Assembly (NCBI GenBank): GCA_048538235.1
Contig: JBLYPX010000001.1
Span: 679,554 to 743,553, forward strand
DNA length: 64,000 nucleotides
Direction: 5' to 3'
Origin: Candidatus Komeilibacteria bacterium
GTDB lineage: Bacteria > Patescibacteriota > Patescibacteriia > UBA1558
A model generated the notes under the pieces. The model searched no databases, had not been told where the DNA came from, and worked only from the letters and a program-made list of their open reading frames with translations. The translations under genes and the position numbers were made by a program. Below, piece after piece: positions 30,334 through 41,018 of the stretch. Positions within the stretch are counted from its first letter, which is position 1; every line of letters begins with the position of its first letter.

Positions 30334-31560
30334 ATGAAAAAATTGATGATTACTATCGTGATGGCCGCTCTGGTGGCCATGCCTGTATTTGTATTTGCCG
30401 AGTGGCAAGTTGTACCGTATGCATACACATCTGACTTGCAATCAATATCTGCTACCCCCAACGGAACTGTACATACAGTCGGATGGTATGGTCTTTATGC
30501 CAGCGGAACCCTTAACGGTTTAGACGCACAGCCATATCCTGAAGGAACTAATGAAGCAACTGACTGGAATGTAGTAAGGGCTATTAACAATGATGTCATC
30601 TATATTGGTGGCGAAAGCATTGTTAAGTCATTAGATGGTGGCGAAAGCTGGACAGAACAATTCGAATTCTCCACCGACGATGCAGTATACGATATGGATT
30701 TTTGGAATCCTGACTCTGGCATCGCTGGTGGCGATAATCTAACCATACTGCTTTATACGGGTTCTGACTGGAACATAGTATATAGCATCCCTGATGGCGG
30801 GATGATTCGATCTGTCAAGCGCATTGCATATAACACGTTTCTTGCTGGCGGCTGGGATCAGAACTACGAAGGAATCATGCTTCGTTCCGACGACGGCGGA
30901 AGCAGCTGGACAGAGATTGAGCTTAGCACCTCTGATTTCGTAAACGGAATCACGAGTCTAAATTCAACAGTATATGTTGCTGGTCCAAACTCAATCCGTA
31001 AAAGTACAGACAACGGCCTCAGCTTTTTCTCCGTTCCTCAACCAACAGAGGCGCTCGGTACCACGGGTATAGCTATTGTCTCTACAGATGAACTTTACGC
31101 TTGGTCAAGTAATGCCCTCTATCACAGTCCAAACGGTGGGTTGAGCTGGGAGAGCGTGTATAGCTTTGGTTATACAATCGCTGATCTAGATATCGACACG
31201 GAAACTGGGGAAGCGTGGCTTTGTGGCGATGACGGTCTTATTGCCTACAACCAATCCCTTCCTTTGTCTGTGGACCGAGTCAGCGATGTAATTCCTAACG
31301 GATACACGCTTGAACAAAACTATCCCAACCCATTTAACCCATCAACCAACATTGAATACTCTATCCCGATCAATGAGAGTGTAAATATAATTATTTACAA
31401 CTCACTCGGTCAAACGATAGATGTTCTTGTTGATGAGCTCCAGTCTGCTGGAACTTACAAAGTTAACTGGAATGGGAATAGCTTACCTTCGGGTATGTAC
31501 TTCTACCAAATCAGCACACCAACTTTTACCAGAACCATGAAAATGGTGCTGGTAAAATAA
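30334..31560 (+). CDS. secreted BNR/Asp-box repeat protein with T9SS type-A C-terminal sorting domain (paralog of 28907..30139)
   Basis: 408 aa with a signal peptide and Asp-boxes (SLDGGESWTE, RSDDGGSSWTE, STDNGLSF, SPNGGLSWES). The C-terminus is LEQNYPNPFNPSTNIEYSIP...SGMYFYQIS...MKMVLVK. GC is roughly 42-47% by hand count. Confidence 0.85.
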   Translation: MKKLMITIVMAALVAMPVFVFAEWQVVPYAYTSDLQSISATPNGTVHTVGWYGLYASGTLNGLDAQPYPEGTNEATDWNVVRAINNDVIYIGGESIVKSLDGGESWTEQFEFSTDDAVYDMDFWNPDSGIAGGDNLTILLYTGSDWNIVYSIPDGGMIRSVKRIAYNTFLAGGWDQNYEGIMLRSDDGGSSWTEIELSTSDFVNGITSLNSTVYVAGPNSIRKSTDNGLSFFSVPQPTEALGTTGIAIVSTDELYAWSSNALYHSPNGGLSWESVYSFGYTIADLDIDTETGEAWLCGDDGLIAYNQSLPLSVDRVSDVIPNGYTLEQNYPNPFNPSTNIEYSIPINESVNIIIYNSLGQTIDVLVDELQSAGTYKVNWNGNSLPSGMYFYQISTPTFTRTMKMVLVK

Positions 31561-31581
31561 CACTTGTCCATAATGGACAAT

Positions 31582-31612
31582 AAAACCCCCTATCTCAAAA
31601 AGGGGGTTTTAT
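31582..31612. terminator. bidirectional rho-independent terminator
   Basis: AAAACCCCCT-ATCTCAAAA-AGGGGGTTTT sits between the + gene ending at 31560 and the convergent giant gene ending at 31634. Confidence 0.65.
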
Positions 31613-31633
31613 TATTAATAAAATATTTTTTAT

Positions 31634-34600
31634 TTAAGGAATTAATATAATTTCGCCATCATATCCTTCCCACCCAATAATTGCCTCAAAAATACCATCT
31701 CCATTTGTATCAACACCACAGTTACTACCACTTCCTTTACTACAAAAACCCCAATTATCCTCTACGTACACCTTTGGTGTATACACACAAGCTGGTTTAC
31801 CATCGACTTCCGTAGGCGGATTGCTACAAATATATGTGTGATTAAAACTAAAATAACCTATACCATTCTCGTAGTCATCCACACAATAATTAAGATCATT
31901 ACCGATGTTTTTTGGAACACACAAATTATTAGTTCCTGTACACTCAGCATTACTTCTACAACCCTGTCTTAACTTAAGGTTCTTTATTTGATAGCTTTGA
32001 TCAGAAGATAAACCTGGCGTATGATTCAACCTGCCAACCCCCAAATCCCTCAAACAATTACCACTTGTATTATTATCATTATAACAACTCGTTACCATTT
32101 CCTCTGGTATAGTTACTGTGCTACTGTAATGACACCAACCATCTTCTAAAGTTTCTGTACCATCTGGACAACCGGAATTAGTATTTGGTATGTAACTCAC
32201 ACCATTCACAACATTACTCAAAGAAGTTGTATCTGCGAATGGTAAATAAGGATAGCTTTCAGTCTGGCCGGGTAACAACAAGTTAGATTGAGAACAATAT
32301 CCGGTTGAATAACACCAATAATTAGCCATTGATCTTGTCGCAGTAATATTGTTACTTATTTTAAAATCATATTCTAGGGTTACAACATCTCCGGCTGTAA
32401 ATTTTTCATCTGCTATCTCTGTGTTTCTATATATTACCCAATTGTCATCCCTGCTCGATGTTTGTGTAATAGTAGTTATACCAGTTGACGTATTTTCCGT
32501 CGCAGTACCACCCCAAGATGTGGTTGGATTAAAATCATTCCAATAATTATCATCTGAAATTGAGTTGGTACAACTGTTAACACATATATTTTTGTGATTT
32601 TTCAAGCTAACAGTTTCATCATTCTCTCCAAAAATCGACGAACCATCATCCCAATCCACCATCAATCTACTTAATGGTAATTGATCACCAGTCTCATTAT
32701 ATGCATAAAACTTAACTGTTGCGTTATAGATATTCGATTCCATAAGAATGTTACCACTATTTTTATCGTTAATAGTTATCCCTGTATTTCCCTCCGAAAC
32801 TACACCGTTTGAATCTAATTCAACTTGACGTAGATCTACATTATCGCCAGAACTAATAGTAGAAATCTCACTAAATGATGCTTGTTCATATCTGTCTTGA
32901 CCATAATCCCAAGAAAATTTTTCTATAAGCCTTGCAAACAAATTCTTTAACCATTGCAATCCATTGTTATCACCTCCATTAAAATTTGAATTTATTGCCG
33001 AAACCAAATCTTGATCTTCACTATCAACTCCATAATAATGACCATCTATATTTGAAGACCCGTCTAACATACCTATAACACCTGATTGAGAAACTGAATA
33101 TGGTGTACCGGCAACTACCCCACTCAAACTAGTATTCTCATTTTCGACCTGTATAAACTGGTTATAATTATTCAAATTAAAATCTACGTTACTCATTCCA
33201 TACCAGCTATAATATTGGTCTATGTCTAAAGATATTTCATTGTCATCAACATCTTTAAATGTGGCCATACCATTTATAAAATTATTAAACTTAGGCGAGC
33301 CTACCCGAATAAAATCAGTACATATTTCTGTTGCAGAAGTGTCTGGTTGTAGATAGTTTACCGTAACGTTGTATATATAACCCTGAACTATATTATAATA
33401 ACCATCCATATACTCAAGCGGATTAATAAAAGAAACTTCATAACGAGACACGTTATCTACTCCATCAAAATCACCATCTTGAAAACCAACAATAAAAAAT
33501 GCATACATAGCATACTCATTCCAGTTATTGCAATTCGCATAACCACCAGCAAATTCATTAGCAGACAAACATCCATCCTCTCCATCTAAAAACGGGAAGA
33601 CACCCCCATTATTTCTTGTAAAATTATGCCAAATAAAAGATTCATCATCAAATGTTATGCCCGGGTTGCCGCCAACACTATCTATCGTGTAAAATGCCTT
33701 AACCCATATCTTTGAATCCTCTGGACCGCAAAAATCTTCATTAATATTACCACCAACGCAACTATATTCATCTTCACTCGTTAGCGTAATAGTGCTTGAA
33801 CCATTTATATTAAGTAACATACACTCATCTGGATCGTTACCATAAATATCATCTTGACACTTTAAAACACCATCCGTTCCTATACCATTAACAAAATAAT
33901 CGTCATGCCCTGGTATCTGCCAACCAGCCGCAACATTGTTGAATTCAATACTCTCAATGACTGATTCTTCTTTACCAAAACTATCTTCATCCCATATTTC
34001 AACATCTTGATTACTAACACCTACTGAAACATTAGGATACTGCTGACCACCATTCATGCATAAAGCTATTGTAGAATTGTCTTGAAAACCAGCATATGGT
34101 GAAACAATCTCAGGAGTTCTTGCGTAATAATCTTCCATCCAATAATAACCACAATGTTGCCAATCCCATACATAGCTCTCATTTTCTGGCGCCTGCTCAC
34201 CAAGATCTAACGAAACTGGAATAGACACGTCCCCTGCATAAGGATAATTACCTTCTGACTGTAAACAATAGTACATATTATCAAAATCCAAATTTAGGTC
34301 ATCAGCTATATTGACACCAGATGGGTTATATTCACCACTTAAAATATCTAATGGCATCCAAGTTAAACAAGGGTGTGTGCTGCCGGCATATCCAATTATC
34401 GTTCTTGAATAATCATATTCAAGACAGAAGCCCCAAAAACCGCGATAATTATTAACTGATTTAATTTGAGAATCGCCAATAGCAGTAAATCCATTATAAT
34501 TAGATCTATAATACCTAGTCTCACCTTGTGTGTAATTAACCTCTGTATAATCACACTCACAACCAGCGCCCTGAGAGCAGAAATTCGCTTGAGGCATCTG

Positions 34601-37600
34601 CAAAGGCTTGGTAATAATATTTCCATCATCATCAAACTCAATATTTAACCCTATTGTCGAAAAAGGAGCATCAGAATCAGGGAACAACCTACACGTTGGT
34701 TCAACAGTTATTCCATTAAAACCTACACCCGCTGTATCGTCACTTTCGTTGGACAACCTCAATACACCATCTTTATTTTTAGCCAACAAAGATTCTAAAT
34801 TAAACTTATTCAACAATGAGTAACCAGAATATTCTTGTCCTGACCAACCAGTTTCTCTGGCCGTATATACATCCTCAGTTAATATTTCATCACCTTTTTC
34901 TAACCAAGAAATACAAGTATTACCACTAGGAGATAACTCCGTACACCTGCCAAGGTCATAACAATACTCTTTCACACTTCCATCTATTTCTGTGGCATAA
35001 CTTGAAGATCTACAAGCTAGCCATTCGCTACACTCTCTATTTTTAGTTACTTTAATAACTTCATTACTATCACTTAAACAATCATCATCCTCTGGGGAGC
35101 ATCCTGTAACAACTGTTAAATTACCATTGTTTACTAAACTGTTATTATAGCTAGCATTACTGTCATATTGTCTTATTATCTCTCCATCACTATCTACATT
35201 AGATGTATCCAACATTAATACACAACCGCTTTCCCAAGAAACCTGTCCATTACAATCTGCACCATTTATACTGTTGCCGTTTATATAATAATATGACTGC
35301 GTCTCACTAATACCAACATTATCTAGATAGAATGTAGAATTGGTATCATTACCGAAAGCTATTGAACACCTTATGTTGTTATTACTTGAATCTGCTCTAA
35401 ATTTACCTGTAAAAGTTGAATATCTATCTGTTCTTGTTTGGGAACTTTTAATTAACATTTTATACACTCCACCACCCACACCTATAAATGAATCGTCATA
35501 TGATTCTATAGTAGCTCCTTCACAATATAGACCAACCGAATAACTACCAATACCCGTTGTACCAGCTAATGCATGAGCTACATTTATAAATCTTGGCAAA
35601 TTAAACGACATATCTTCTGCCTCCTCCTCACTTGGAGGTTGTTGGTCTCCACTAATAAATCTTAGATCAAACTTAACAGTATAATCTTTACCGCCATTTA
35701 TTGAGAAACTCTGTCTAAATGATTCATTACTACTTGGAGTATAATAATCTACATTTACAGCATTTGTATTATCCCTTCCTGATCCATTAAGATATGAAGT
35801 AAAGCCGTCACAGCTAGTATTATCTTCACACCAAAAATCTGGTATCTCTGGATCGTTATTTACATTTCCTAATTTCGTGTTTATTTCAAAATCTCCATTA
35901 AACAGCAAATTATCTCCTTGTGTTCCTTGAGGATCTATAAACTCTGTACAACCAACCGCAGCAGAATTACATTCTCCAGCAAACCCTATCCAATCAACAT
36001 CTCTTCTCTTATATAATTCACCGCTTTCATTACATGGTATTTTGTCTGCTTGGTTAGCATTATTAACGGATGATGTTAAATACCAACCAGTTAATTTCTG
36101 ACCATTAGACTCATAATTATCTAAGAAGGTACAAGTTCTTTCTCCTGGGTCTCTCATATACACAGTCTGTCCATCTGATTGATAAGCTTCACAATTTAAA
36201 GCATCCGTACCACAAAGCGTTAAATCATATCTTTCAGGATCATTTATTAAATATATATCTTCCCAAGAATCTATAACATTTGCATTATTATTATCAACTG
36301 CAAATTGAGGAGCACCCAAAACAGTACAACCCTTATCTCTACTACTGCAATAATATTGATTATCATCTACCAAATAAATTAATTCGTCTGCCTCTGTAGT
36401 TATATTTTGATCATCTGTATCCCAAGTCTGCGCACCAATTGCTTTAGTGTTTTTTGTATCAATAAACATTGAACAGCCAACAGATGATTCAGAGCACAAA
36501 CTATTGAAGCTGCTCAAATAATGAGTATTGCCTAATCTATCCTCATATTCATCACAACCCAAATCCTCAACAGTACATTGATCTGGTGTATTCCAAGAAT
36601 CTTTAACTAAATATAGATCTGAGTTGATTTCTTTCAAGACTATATTATCTATATAGTAATATGAATTATTTGCTGGGAAGTTCAAATTAAAACTAAGTAT
36701 ATTATTGGATGACGTGTCATCAAAATATACTGGACCTAGATTATACTGTTTCCATACACTCCTAACATCTAAACTGAAACTTGGGGCAAATAAATAATCA
36801 TTATCATTATTAAAGGATATCTGTGCTTGTGTTCTGGCTGCAGTACTAGCCTTTAACCAGAAAGATAATGTATATGATTTACCAGAACGAATACTTACAT
36901 TCTTTGAAAGAATTGTTTCACTATTAGCTTTGTATGAATGCCCACCTGTTACAACAGATTCTGAACTTAATGAGCCACCTGTCCAACCATGTGTTCCGGC
37001 CTCAAAATCATCGACAAACAATCTTCTGACATTACTACCATCACTACCCTTATATACTTTACAACCAACAGCCTCTGCTGAACACGAACCCGATTCAGAA
37101 GTTAAAACTAATGCCATATCTGCACTATCTATTGCTCTTCTTAACTGAACACAGCTATTACTTGCTTTAACAACACTGCTTTCTCTTACTAAATATTCAT
37201 CGTTATTCTCATCAACAAACCAACGACAGGCAGGATCATCTTCTTCTACACAAGTGTCTACACCATTAACTGTATCGTTACAAACATTAGTTGTTCCATT
37301 ATACATAACACTAGTACAAGGACCGTCGTTAATATCACTCTTTAATAAACTCCAAGATCTTAATTCAAAACCAGTTGTTTCAGATCCTTCCCAGGTATAA
37401 TATGTTGTAACGTCTGGGTCTGTATCTGGAACACACATTCTTAAAGAATTATAATACTCAACAGTTTCACCAGCTGTCATATTAGTAAAGGCTTCACAAC
37501 CAACCTCTTCTAAACTACAACTCTGAGCTGTGTCAGCAATGAAACTATCGTAAGTTATGATATCATCTGCGCCAAACCACCTATCTATTTCTGTATTTTC

Positions 37601-40258
37601 CTGTAAATATTGTTCATAACCACTACATTCAGATGAACAATAGTCACGACTACTCACTATTCCCGGTATTGATGGATCGCCATTAGTTGGAATGTATAAT
37701 TCACAACCAAGTTCATCTGCTTCACAACTTGGAGCATAATTATCACAAGCAGGAACCCAATTATTTTCACAATCTAAATAATCTGGAGCTTTTTTAATAT
37801 AGCTAATATTCTTAGATCCATAATTTACATAATTATTTGCCCTAGATCCAACTTCTAATTGAATATTATCAAACCACAAAGACCCTCCACTACTTGTCAA
37901 AACTCTGACTCTTGCTGAAGCAACTTTATCATTTGTAAAAAATGTACAACTACTCCTTTCCATATTTCTACTAACTGGAGTAAATTGTAAATCTACATTT
38001 TGTGGGTGTCCGCCAACACCAATAGAACAATCTCCCGCACCAATAGCAAAGGCTTGGCTATTATCACCACAATTTTTATTATTATCACATAGTTGCACTA
38101 TTACTCTAGCAGCAACCTCTTCACTGTTTGAAATTTGAGCGGCTGAAGCAGAAATAGTATATTGAGCATTTGGAGCTACTTTTACATTTGACTGAGCAAC
38201 ATTCCAGTTATAACTTTGTTTTATCTTACCATCTGAATATTCATCAGCTGTTCCCCAATTGTCTGGTTGAGCGCCGTCTGTGCTTTGACTAAAATCACCA
38301 TTATAAACCAAGTTAACACCTGGCTCTATTTTTATTAATTCTGAACAACCAGCATTCTGTCCCTCACAAGTACCGGCTTGAGCATTTAATCTTATCTGAG
38401 AATTTTCATCCCATATAGTTTCATTATCTCCATATGAAGAAACGGTTGTACTATACCAACGACAACCAACTTCATCTGCTGTACAGAAATCTAATGTATC
38501 TTTAATATAATAATCTGTTCCCTGATCGCTAGTATAAGAACGGCAAGAAGCATAAGCAGACAAACATTGCTCACCACCAAACTGCCATACATTTTTTTCA
38601 CGCGTACAATAACCCCACGCACCAGGTAAACACTCGCCATTACCATCTGTTTTTAAGCAAGTTTGAGCATCAACACAGATCTCACTTCTGTTTGTACTAC
38701 TTGGTGTTTCTAGAACAGGTCCATAACCACTAGCCCTACATTGAGCAGCTGGTGCTACTAATATCCAATCTGGGTCAATTAAACTTTCATAATCACTCCC
38801 AGAAACATTAAACTGGGCAATAACCTCACCTAGAGTTACTGGGCTATCTACTGGACTCTTTGATGCAGCTATTTCCCAACCCAAAGGTATAAATCTAGCC
38901 AGTCTCATCTTTTGTAAATTAGAATAACACAAAGCATCTTTGTGACAGTACTGTAAGTCACTATGTAGATGACTGTCTTTAGATATTAAAGGCGTATTAG
39001 CATCTATCAGTCTTAATTGAATTGCCTCTGCTACTGTAATTGGTTCATTCTTACTAAATGCAGAATAAAACTTTGGATCCATTACGCAATTATTCAAATT
39101 ACGAATATTTTCATCAGGACATATAACAAAATCATTAGCTGGATCATATTGTTCGATACTACTAGGTGAGACCGCAAACGCCTCTGAATAATATTTCTCT
39201 ATAGTTTGCGTATTTACAGGGTTTGCATATGGATTAACATTTAAATTCAAATCACTATTATCTGTACCGGGTGTTGAAGTGGCATAGGGAGTGCCAAATA
39301 AAAAATTATTAAGATTGAAATTTTTATATGTATTTATATCATACAAACCATTAATAAGATTTTCTAAAAATGTAGATGTTAGCGTGTTAGTAAATGTCGC
39401 TGCAGCACGAGCTAAAACAGGATGTTCAGAATTGGCAGCAACCTGCAATTTAAGACCTTGGAATTGTAAACCCATATTAGCCGGAGCTTGAGCAGCGCTC
39501 TGAACATCCTCAGCACCACTTTTCACCTGAGTTTTAGTAGTATTAAGCACTGGCCTATAGGTACTCTTTAAAGTTTGTATTATTTCATCCCTTTCTTGAG
39601 TTTCTTTTTTAGCTATTAACTTATCATTTAAAGATAGTTGGGCTGAAAAATCACTCTTACCTGGTCTAAATTGAATTTGTAGTCCTTCTACTAAAGCGGC
39701 CTGAGCTGCATCTCGCTCTGCTTGAGTACAACCTTCACCGAACAAACATGCCTGTTCTGCAACAAAAGACTCCCAGTTTCTGACAATGTTTGCCAAATCA
39801 CACCTAGGCTGTATTATTTGATCGTTCTTCAATAAAGACATTGTAATAGTAGCCTTTATATCTAAATCTGGATTACAAAGATCAATTCCTAGGTCTGACC
39901 ATTCATCACTTAAACCACCAATAAAATCACCAGCTGCTGCCCCTGCTGCATCTTTAAGAATGTTTTGAAAGACTCTTCCTTCAAATAACGTTCCTTGCCC
40001 CCTATCACCAGTGGCTAGTGAAACAGCTGTTTCGTAAGCAAATTTCTGCAAAAACATATCTGATGCATCTATAACCAATTGCTTAACTGTTAGTGTAACA
40101 AAATTTTTAACAACGTCTTTAATTTTCTGCCACGTAAATTCTATAACAGTGGCCGCATCAAAGGTCGGTAAAGCGTATGCTTGTTGCGGAGCTAGTGCAG
40201 CGCCAAAAATAGTAGTTAAAAAGCACACCGTTAAGATAATTGTTGTTATTTTACTCAT
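31634..40258 (-). CDS. giant (2874 aa) secreted Cys/Asn/Gly/Tyr-rich surface protein of unknown function
   Basis: It has a signal peptide (MSKITTIILTVCFLTTIFGAALAPQQAYA) and one uninterrupted 8.6 kb frame with no TM segments after the signal. It contains many Cys pairs. It is co-transcribed with the upstream 243-aa protein (6-nt gap). Confidence 0.7.
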   Translation of the reverse strand: MSKITTIILTVCFLTTIFGAALAPQQAYALPTFDAATVIEFTWQKIKDVVKNFVTLTVKQLVIDASDMFLQKFAYETAVSLATGDRGQGTLFEGRVFQNILKDAAGAAAGDFIGGLSDEWSDLGIDLCNPDLDIKATITMSLLKNDQIIQPRCDLANIVRNWESFVAEQACLFGEGCTQAERDAAQAALVEGLQIQFRPGKSDFSAQLSLNDKLIAKKETQERDEIIQTLKSTYRPVLNTTKTQVKSGAEDVQSAAQAPANMGLQFQGLKLQVAANSEHPVLARAAATFTNTLTSTFLENLINGLYDINTYKNFNLNNFLFGTPYATSTPGTDNSDLNLNVNPYANPVNTQTIEKYYSEAFAVSPSSIEQYDPANDFVICPDENIRNLNNCVMDPKFYSAFSKNEPITVAEAIQLRLIDANTPLISKDSHLHSDLQYCHKDALCYSNLQKMRLARFIPLGWEIAASKSPVDSPVTLGEVIAQFNVSGSDYESLIDPDWILVAPAAQCRASGYGPVLETPSSTNRSEICVDAQTCLKTDGNGECLPGAWGYCTREKNVWQFGGEQCLSAYASCRSYTSDQGTDYYIKDTLDFCTADEVGCRWYSTTVSSYGDNETIWDENSQIRLNAQAGTCEGQNAGCSELIKIEPGVNLVYNGDFSQSTDGAQPDNWGTADEYSDGKIKQSYNWNVAQSNVKVAPNAQYTISASAAQISNSEEVAARVIVQLCDNNKNCGDNSQAFAIGAGDCSIGVGGHPQNVDLQFTPVSRNMERSSCTFFTNDKVASARVRVLTSSGGSLWFDNIQLEVGSRANNYVNYGSKNISYIKKAPDYLDCENNWVPACDNYAPSCEADELGCELYIPTNGDPSIPGIVSSRDYCSSECSGYEQYLQENTEIDRWFGADDIITYDSFIADTAQSCSLEEVGCEAFTNMTAGETVEYYNSLRMCVPDTDPDVTTYYTWEGSETTGFELRSWSLLKSDINDGPCTSVMYNGTTNVCNDTVNGVDTCVEEDDPACRWFVDENNDEYLVRESSVVKASNSCVQLRRAIDSADMALVLTSESGSCSAEAVGCKVYKGSDGSNVRRLFVDDFEAGTHGWTGGSLSSESVVTGGHSYKANSETILSKNVSIRSGKSYTLSFWLKASTAARTQAQISFNNDNDYLFAPSFSLDVRSVWKQYNLGPVYFDDTSSNNILSFNLNFPANNSYYYIDNIVLKEINSDLYLVKDSWNTPDQCTVEDLGCDEYEDRLGNTHYLSSFNSLCSESSVGCSMFIDTKNTKAIGAQTWDTDDQNITTEADELIYLVDDNQYYCSSRDKGCTVLGAPQFAVDNNNANVIDSWEDIYLINDPERYDLTLCGTDALNCEAYQSDGQTVYMRDPGERTCTFLDNYESNGQKLTGWYLTSSVNNANQADKIPCNESGELYKRRDVDWIGFAGECNSAAVGCTEFIDPQGTQGDNLLFNGDFEINTKLGNVNNDPEIPDFWCEDNTSCDGFTSYLNGSGRDNTNAVNVDYYTPSSNESFRQSFSINGGKDYTVKFDLRFISGDQQPPSEEEAEDMSFNLPRFINVAHALAGTTGIGSYSVGLYCEGATIESYDDSFIGVGGGVYKMLIKSSQTRTDRYSTFTGKFRADSSNNNIRCSIAFGNDTNSTFYLDNVGISETQSYYYINGNSINGADCNGQVSWESGCVLMLDTSNVDSDGEIIRQYDSNASYNNSLVNNGNLTVVTGCSPEDDDCLSDSNEVIKVTKNRECSEWLACRSSSYATEIDGSVKEYCYDLGRCTELSPSGNTCISWLEKGDEILTEDVYTARETGWSGQEYSGYSLLNKFNLESLLAKNKDGVLRLSNESDDTAGVGFNGITVEPTCRLFPDSDAPFSTIGLNIEFDDDGNIITKPLQMPQANFCSQGAGCECDYTEVNYTQGETRYYRSNYNGFTAIGDSQIKSVNNYRGFWGFCLEYDYSRTIIGYAGSTHPCLTWMPLDILSGEYNPSGVNIADDLNLDFDNMYYCLQSEGNYPYAGDVSIPVSLDLGEQAPENESYVWDWQHCGYYWMEDYYARTPEIVSPYAGFQDNSTIALCMNGGQQYPNVSVGVSNQDVEIWDEDSFGKEESVIESIEFNNVAAGWQIPGHDDYFVNGIGTDGVLKCQDDIYGNDPDECMLLNINGSSTITLTSEDEYSCVGGNINEDFCGPEDSKIWVKAFYTIDSVGGNPGITFDDESFIWHNFTRNNGGVFPFLDGEDGCLSANEFAGGYANCNNWNEYAMYAFFIVGFQDGDFDGVDNVSRYEVSFINPLEYMDGYYNIVQGYIYNVTVNYLQPDTSATEICTDFIRVGSPKFNNFINGMATFKDVDDNEISLDIDQYYSWYGMSNVDFNLNNYNQFIQVENENTSLSGVVAGTPYSVSQSGVIGMLDGSSNIDGHYYGVDSEDQDLVSAINSNFNGGDNNGLQWLKNLFARLIEKFSWDYGQDRYEQASFSEISTISSGDNVDLRQVELDSNGVVSEGNTGITINDKNSGNILMESNIYNATVKFYAYNETGDQLPLSRLMVDWDDGSSIFGENDETVSLKNHKNICVNSCTNSISDDNYWNDFNPTTSWGGTATENTSTGITTITQTSSRDDNWVIYRNTEIADEKFTAGDVVTLEYDFKISNNITATRSMANYWCYSTGYCSQSNLLLPGQTESYPYLPFADTTSLSNVVNGVSYIPNTNSGCPDGTETLEDGWCHYSSTVTIPEEMVTSCYNDNNTSGNCLRDLGVGRLNHTPGLSSDQSYQIKNLKLRQGCRSNAECTGTNNLCVPKNIGNDLNYCVDDYENGIGYFSFNHTYICSNPPTEVDGKPACVYTPKVYVEDNWGFCSKGSGSNCGVDTNGDGIFEAIIGWEGYDGEIILIP

Positions 40259-40264
40259 ATATAT

Positions 40265-40996
40265 TTAATAAGATATTTGATTTTCATTTAAAGCCTCCTC
40301 ATACATTACCATCAAGTCCTCGTCTGAAATTACTGCTAATTCTTCTTCTGATATTCCAGAATTAAGTAGCATAGCCCTTACCTCCTCAACAGACACATTA
40401 TAAAGTCCACTCGCTGCGTCAGTCGCACCTTGTCCTGACAAAACTAAAGTGGTTTGCTCGTAAAGCTCAACCATATCCTGTGTAGACAAAACATTAATTT
40501 CACTTTCTGGATAACCTAATTTAACAAGTTCTGTGATTAAACCTTCTTTTCCACCATATGATTCAATGGTCATGTCTAAATCCGTTGGAATTTGATCAAA
40601 TAAATTAGTATTACAGCCGTCTGGATTACTGCATAATGGATCTGCACCAGAAACAACCTCTATTCTATCTCCTAAACCATCTGAATCTGTATCTTCAATG
40701 TATGCAGATGTTCCATAAACATACAATTCTAAATAATCTGACAAACCATCCCCATCTGAATCCATTTTTTTTAACTCTTCTGCGTCTTGAAGATCAACCT
40801 GATCACTCTTTTCCACCTCAACATTAGCAAATCTAGCCATGCCAATTTTAAAAGGCTCCTTAATATTACTTTGAGCCTGGTAAAACGAAAAACTAAAGAC
40901 TAATAAAGCTACAGCTAGAACGCCTAAATAGTAGTACGGACTTTCTGTATTAATCTTTAAAACTTTCTTTAGTTTTTCTAGTAAATTATTAAACAT
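40265..40996 (-). CDS. membrane-anchored protein with a dockerin-like pair of EF-hand Ca-binding loops
   Basis: 243 aa with an N-terminal TM (YYYLGVLAVALLVFSFSFY). It has two 12-residue DxDxDGxxDxxE loops (DSDGDGLSDYLE and DTDSDGLGDRIE) spaced 23 residues apart. Each is followed by a hydrophobic helix, as in type-I dockerin F-hand duplications. Confidence 0.55.
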   Translation of the reverse strand: MFNNLLEKLKKVLKINTESPYYYLGVLAVALLVFSFSFYQAQSNIKEPFKIGMARFANVEVEKSDQVDLQDAEELKKMDSDGDGLSDYLELYVYGTSAYIEDTDSDGLGDRIEVVSGADPLCSNPDGCNTNLFDQIPTDLDMTIESYGGKEGLITELVKLGYPESEINVLSTQDMVELYEQTTLVLSGQGATDAASGLYNVSVEEVRAMLLNSGISEEELAVISDEDLMVMYEEALNENQISY

Positions 40997-41018
40997 TTAT
41001 AAAGTAAAAACTACTGAT

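Noticed and set aside
28907-31560. The T9SS-CTD pair as simple contig contamination from a Bacteroidota genome
   Set aside because: This is not fully excluded. However, each gene is flanked by host-style sigma70 promoters (TTGACA-17-TATTAT), consensus SD sequences and host-style terminators, all in AT-rich intergenic DNA continuous with the neighbouring host genes. Contamination would have to be a precise chimeric join on both sides, so I report it as probable horizontal acquisition instead.
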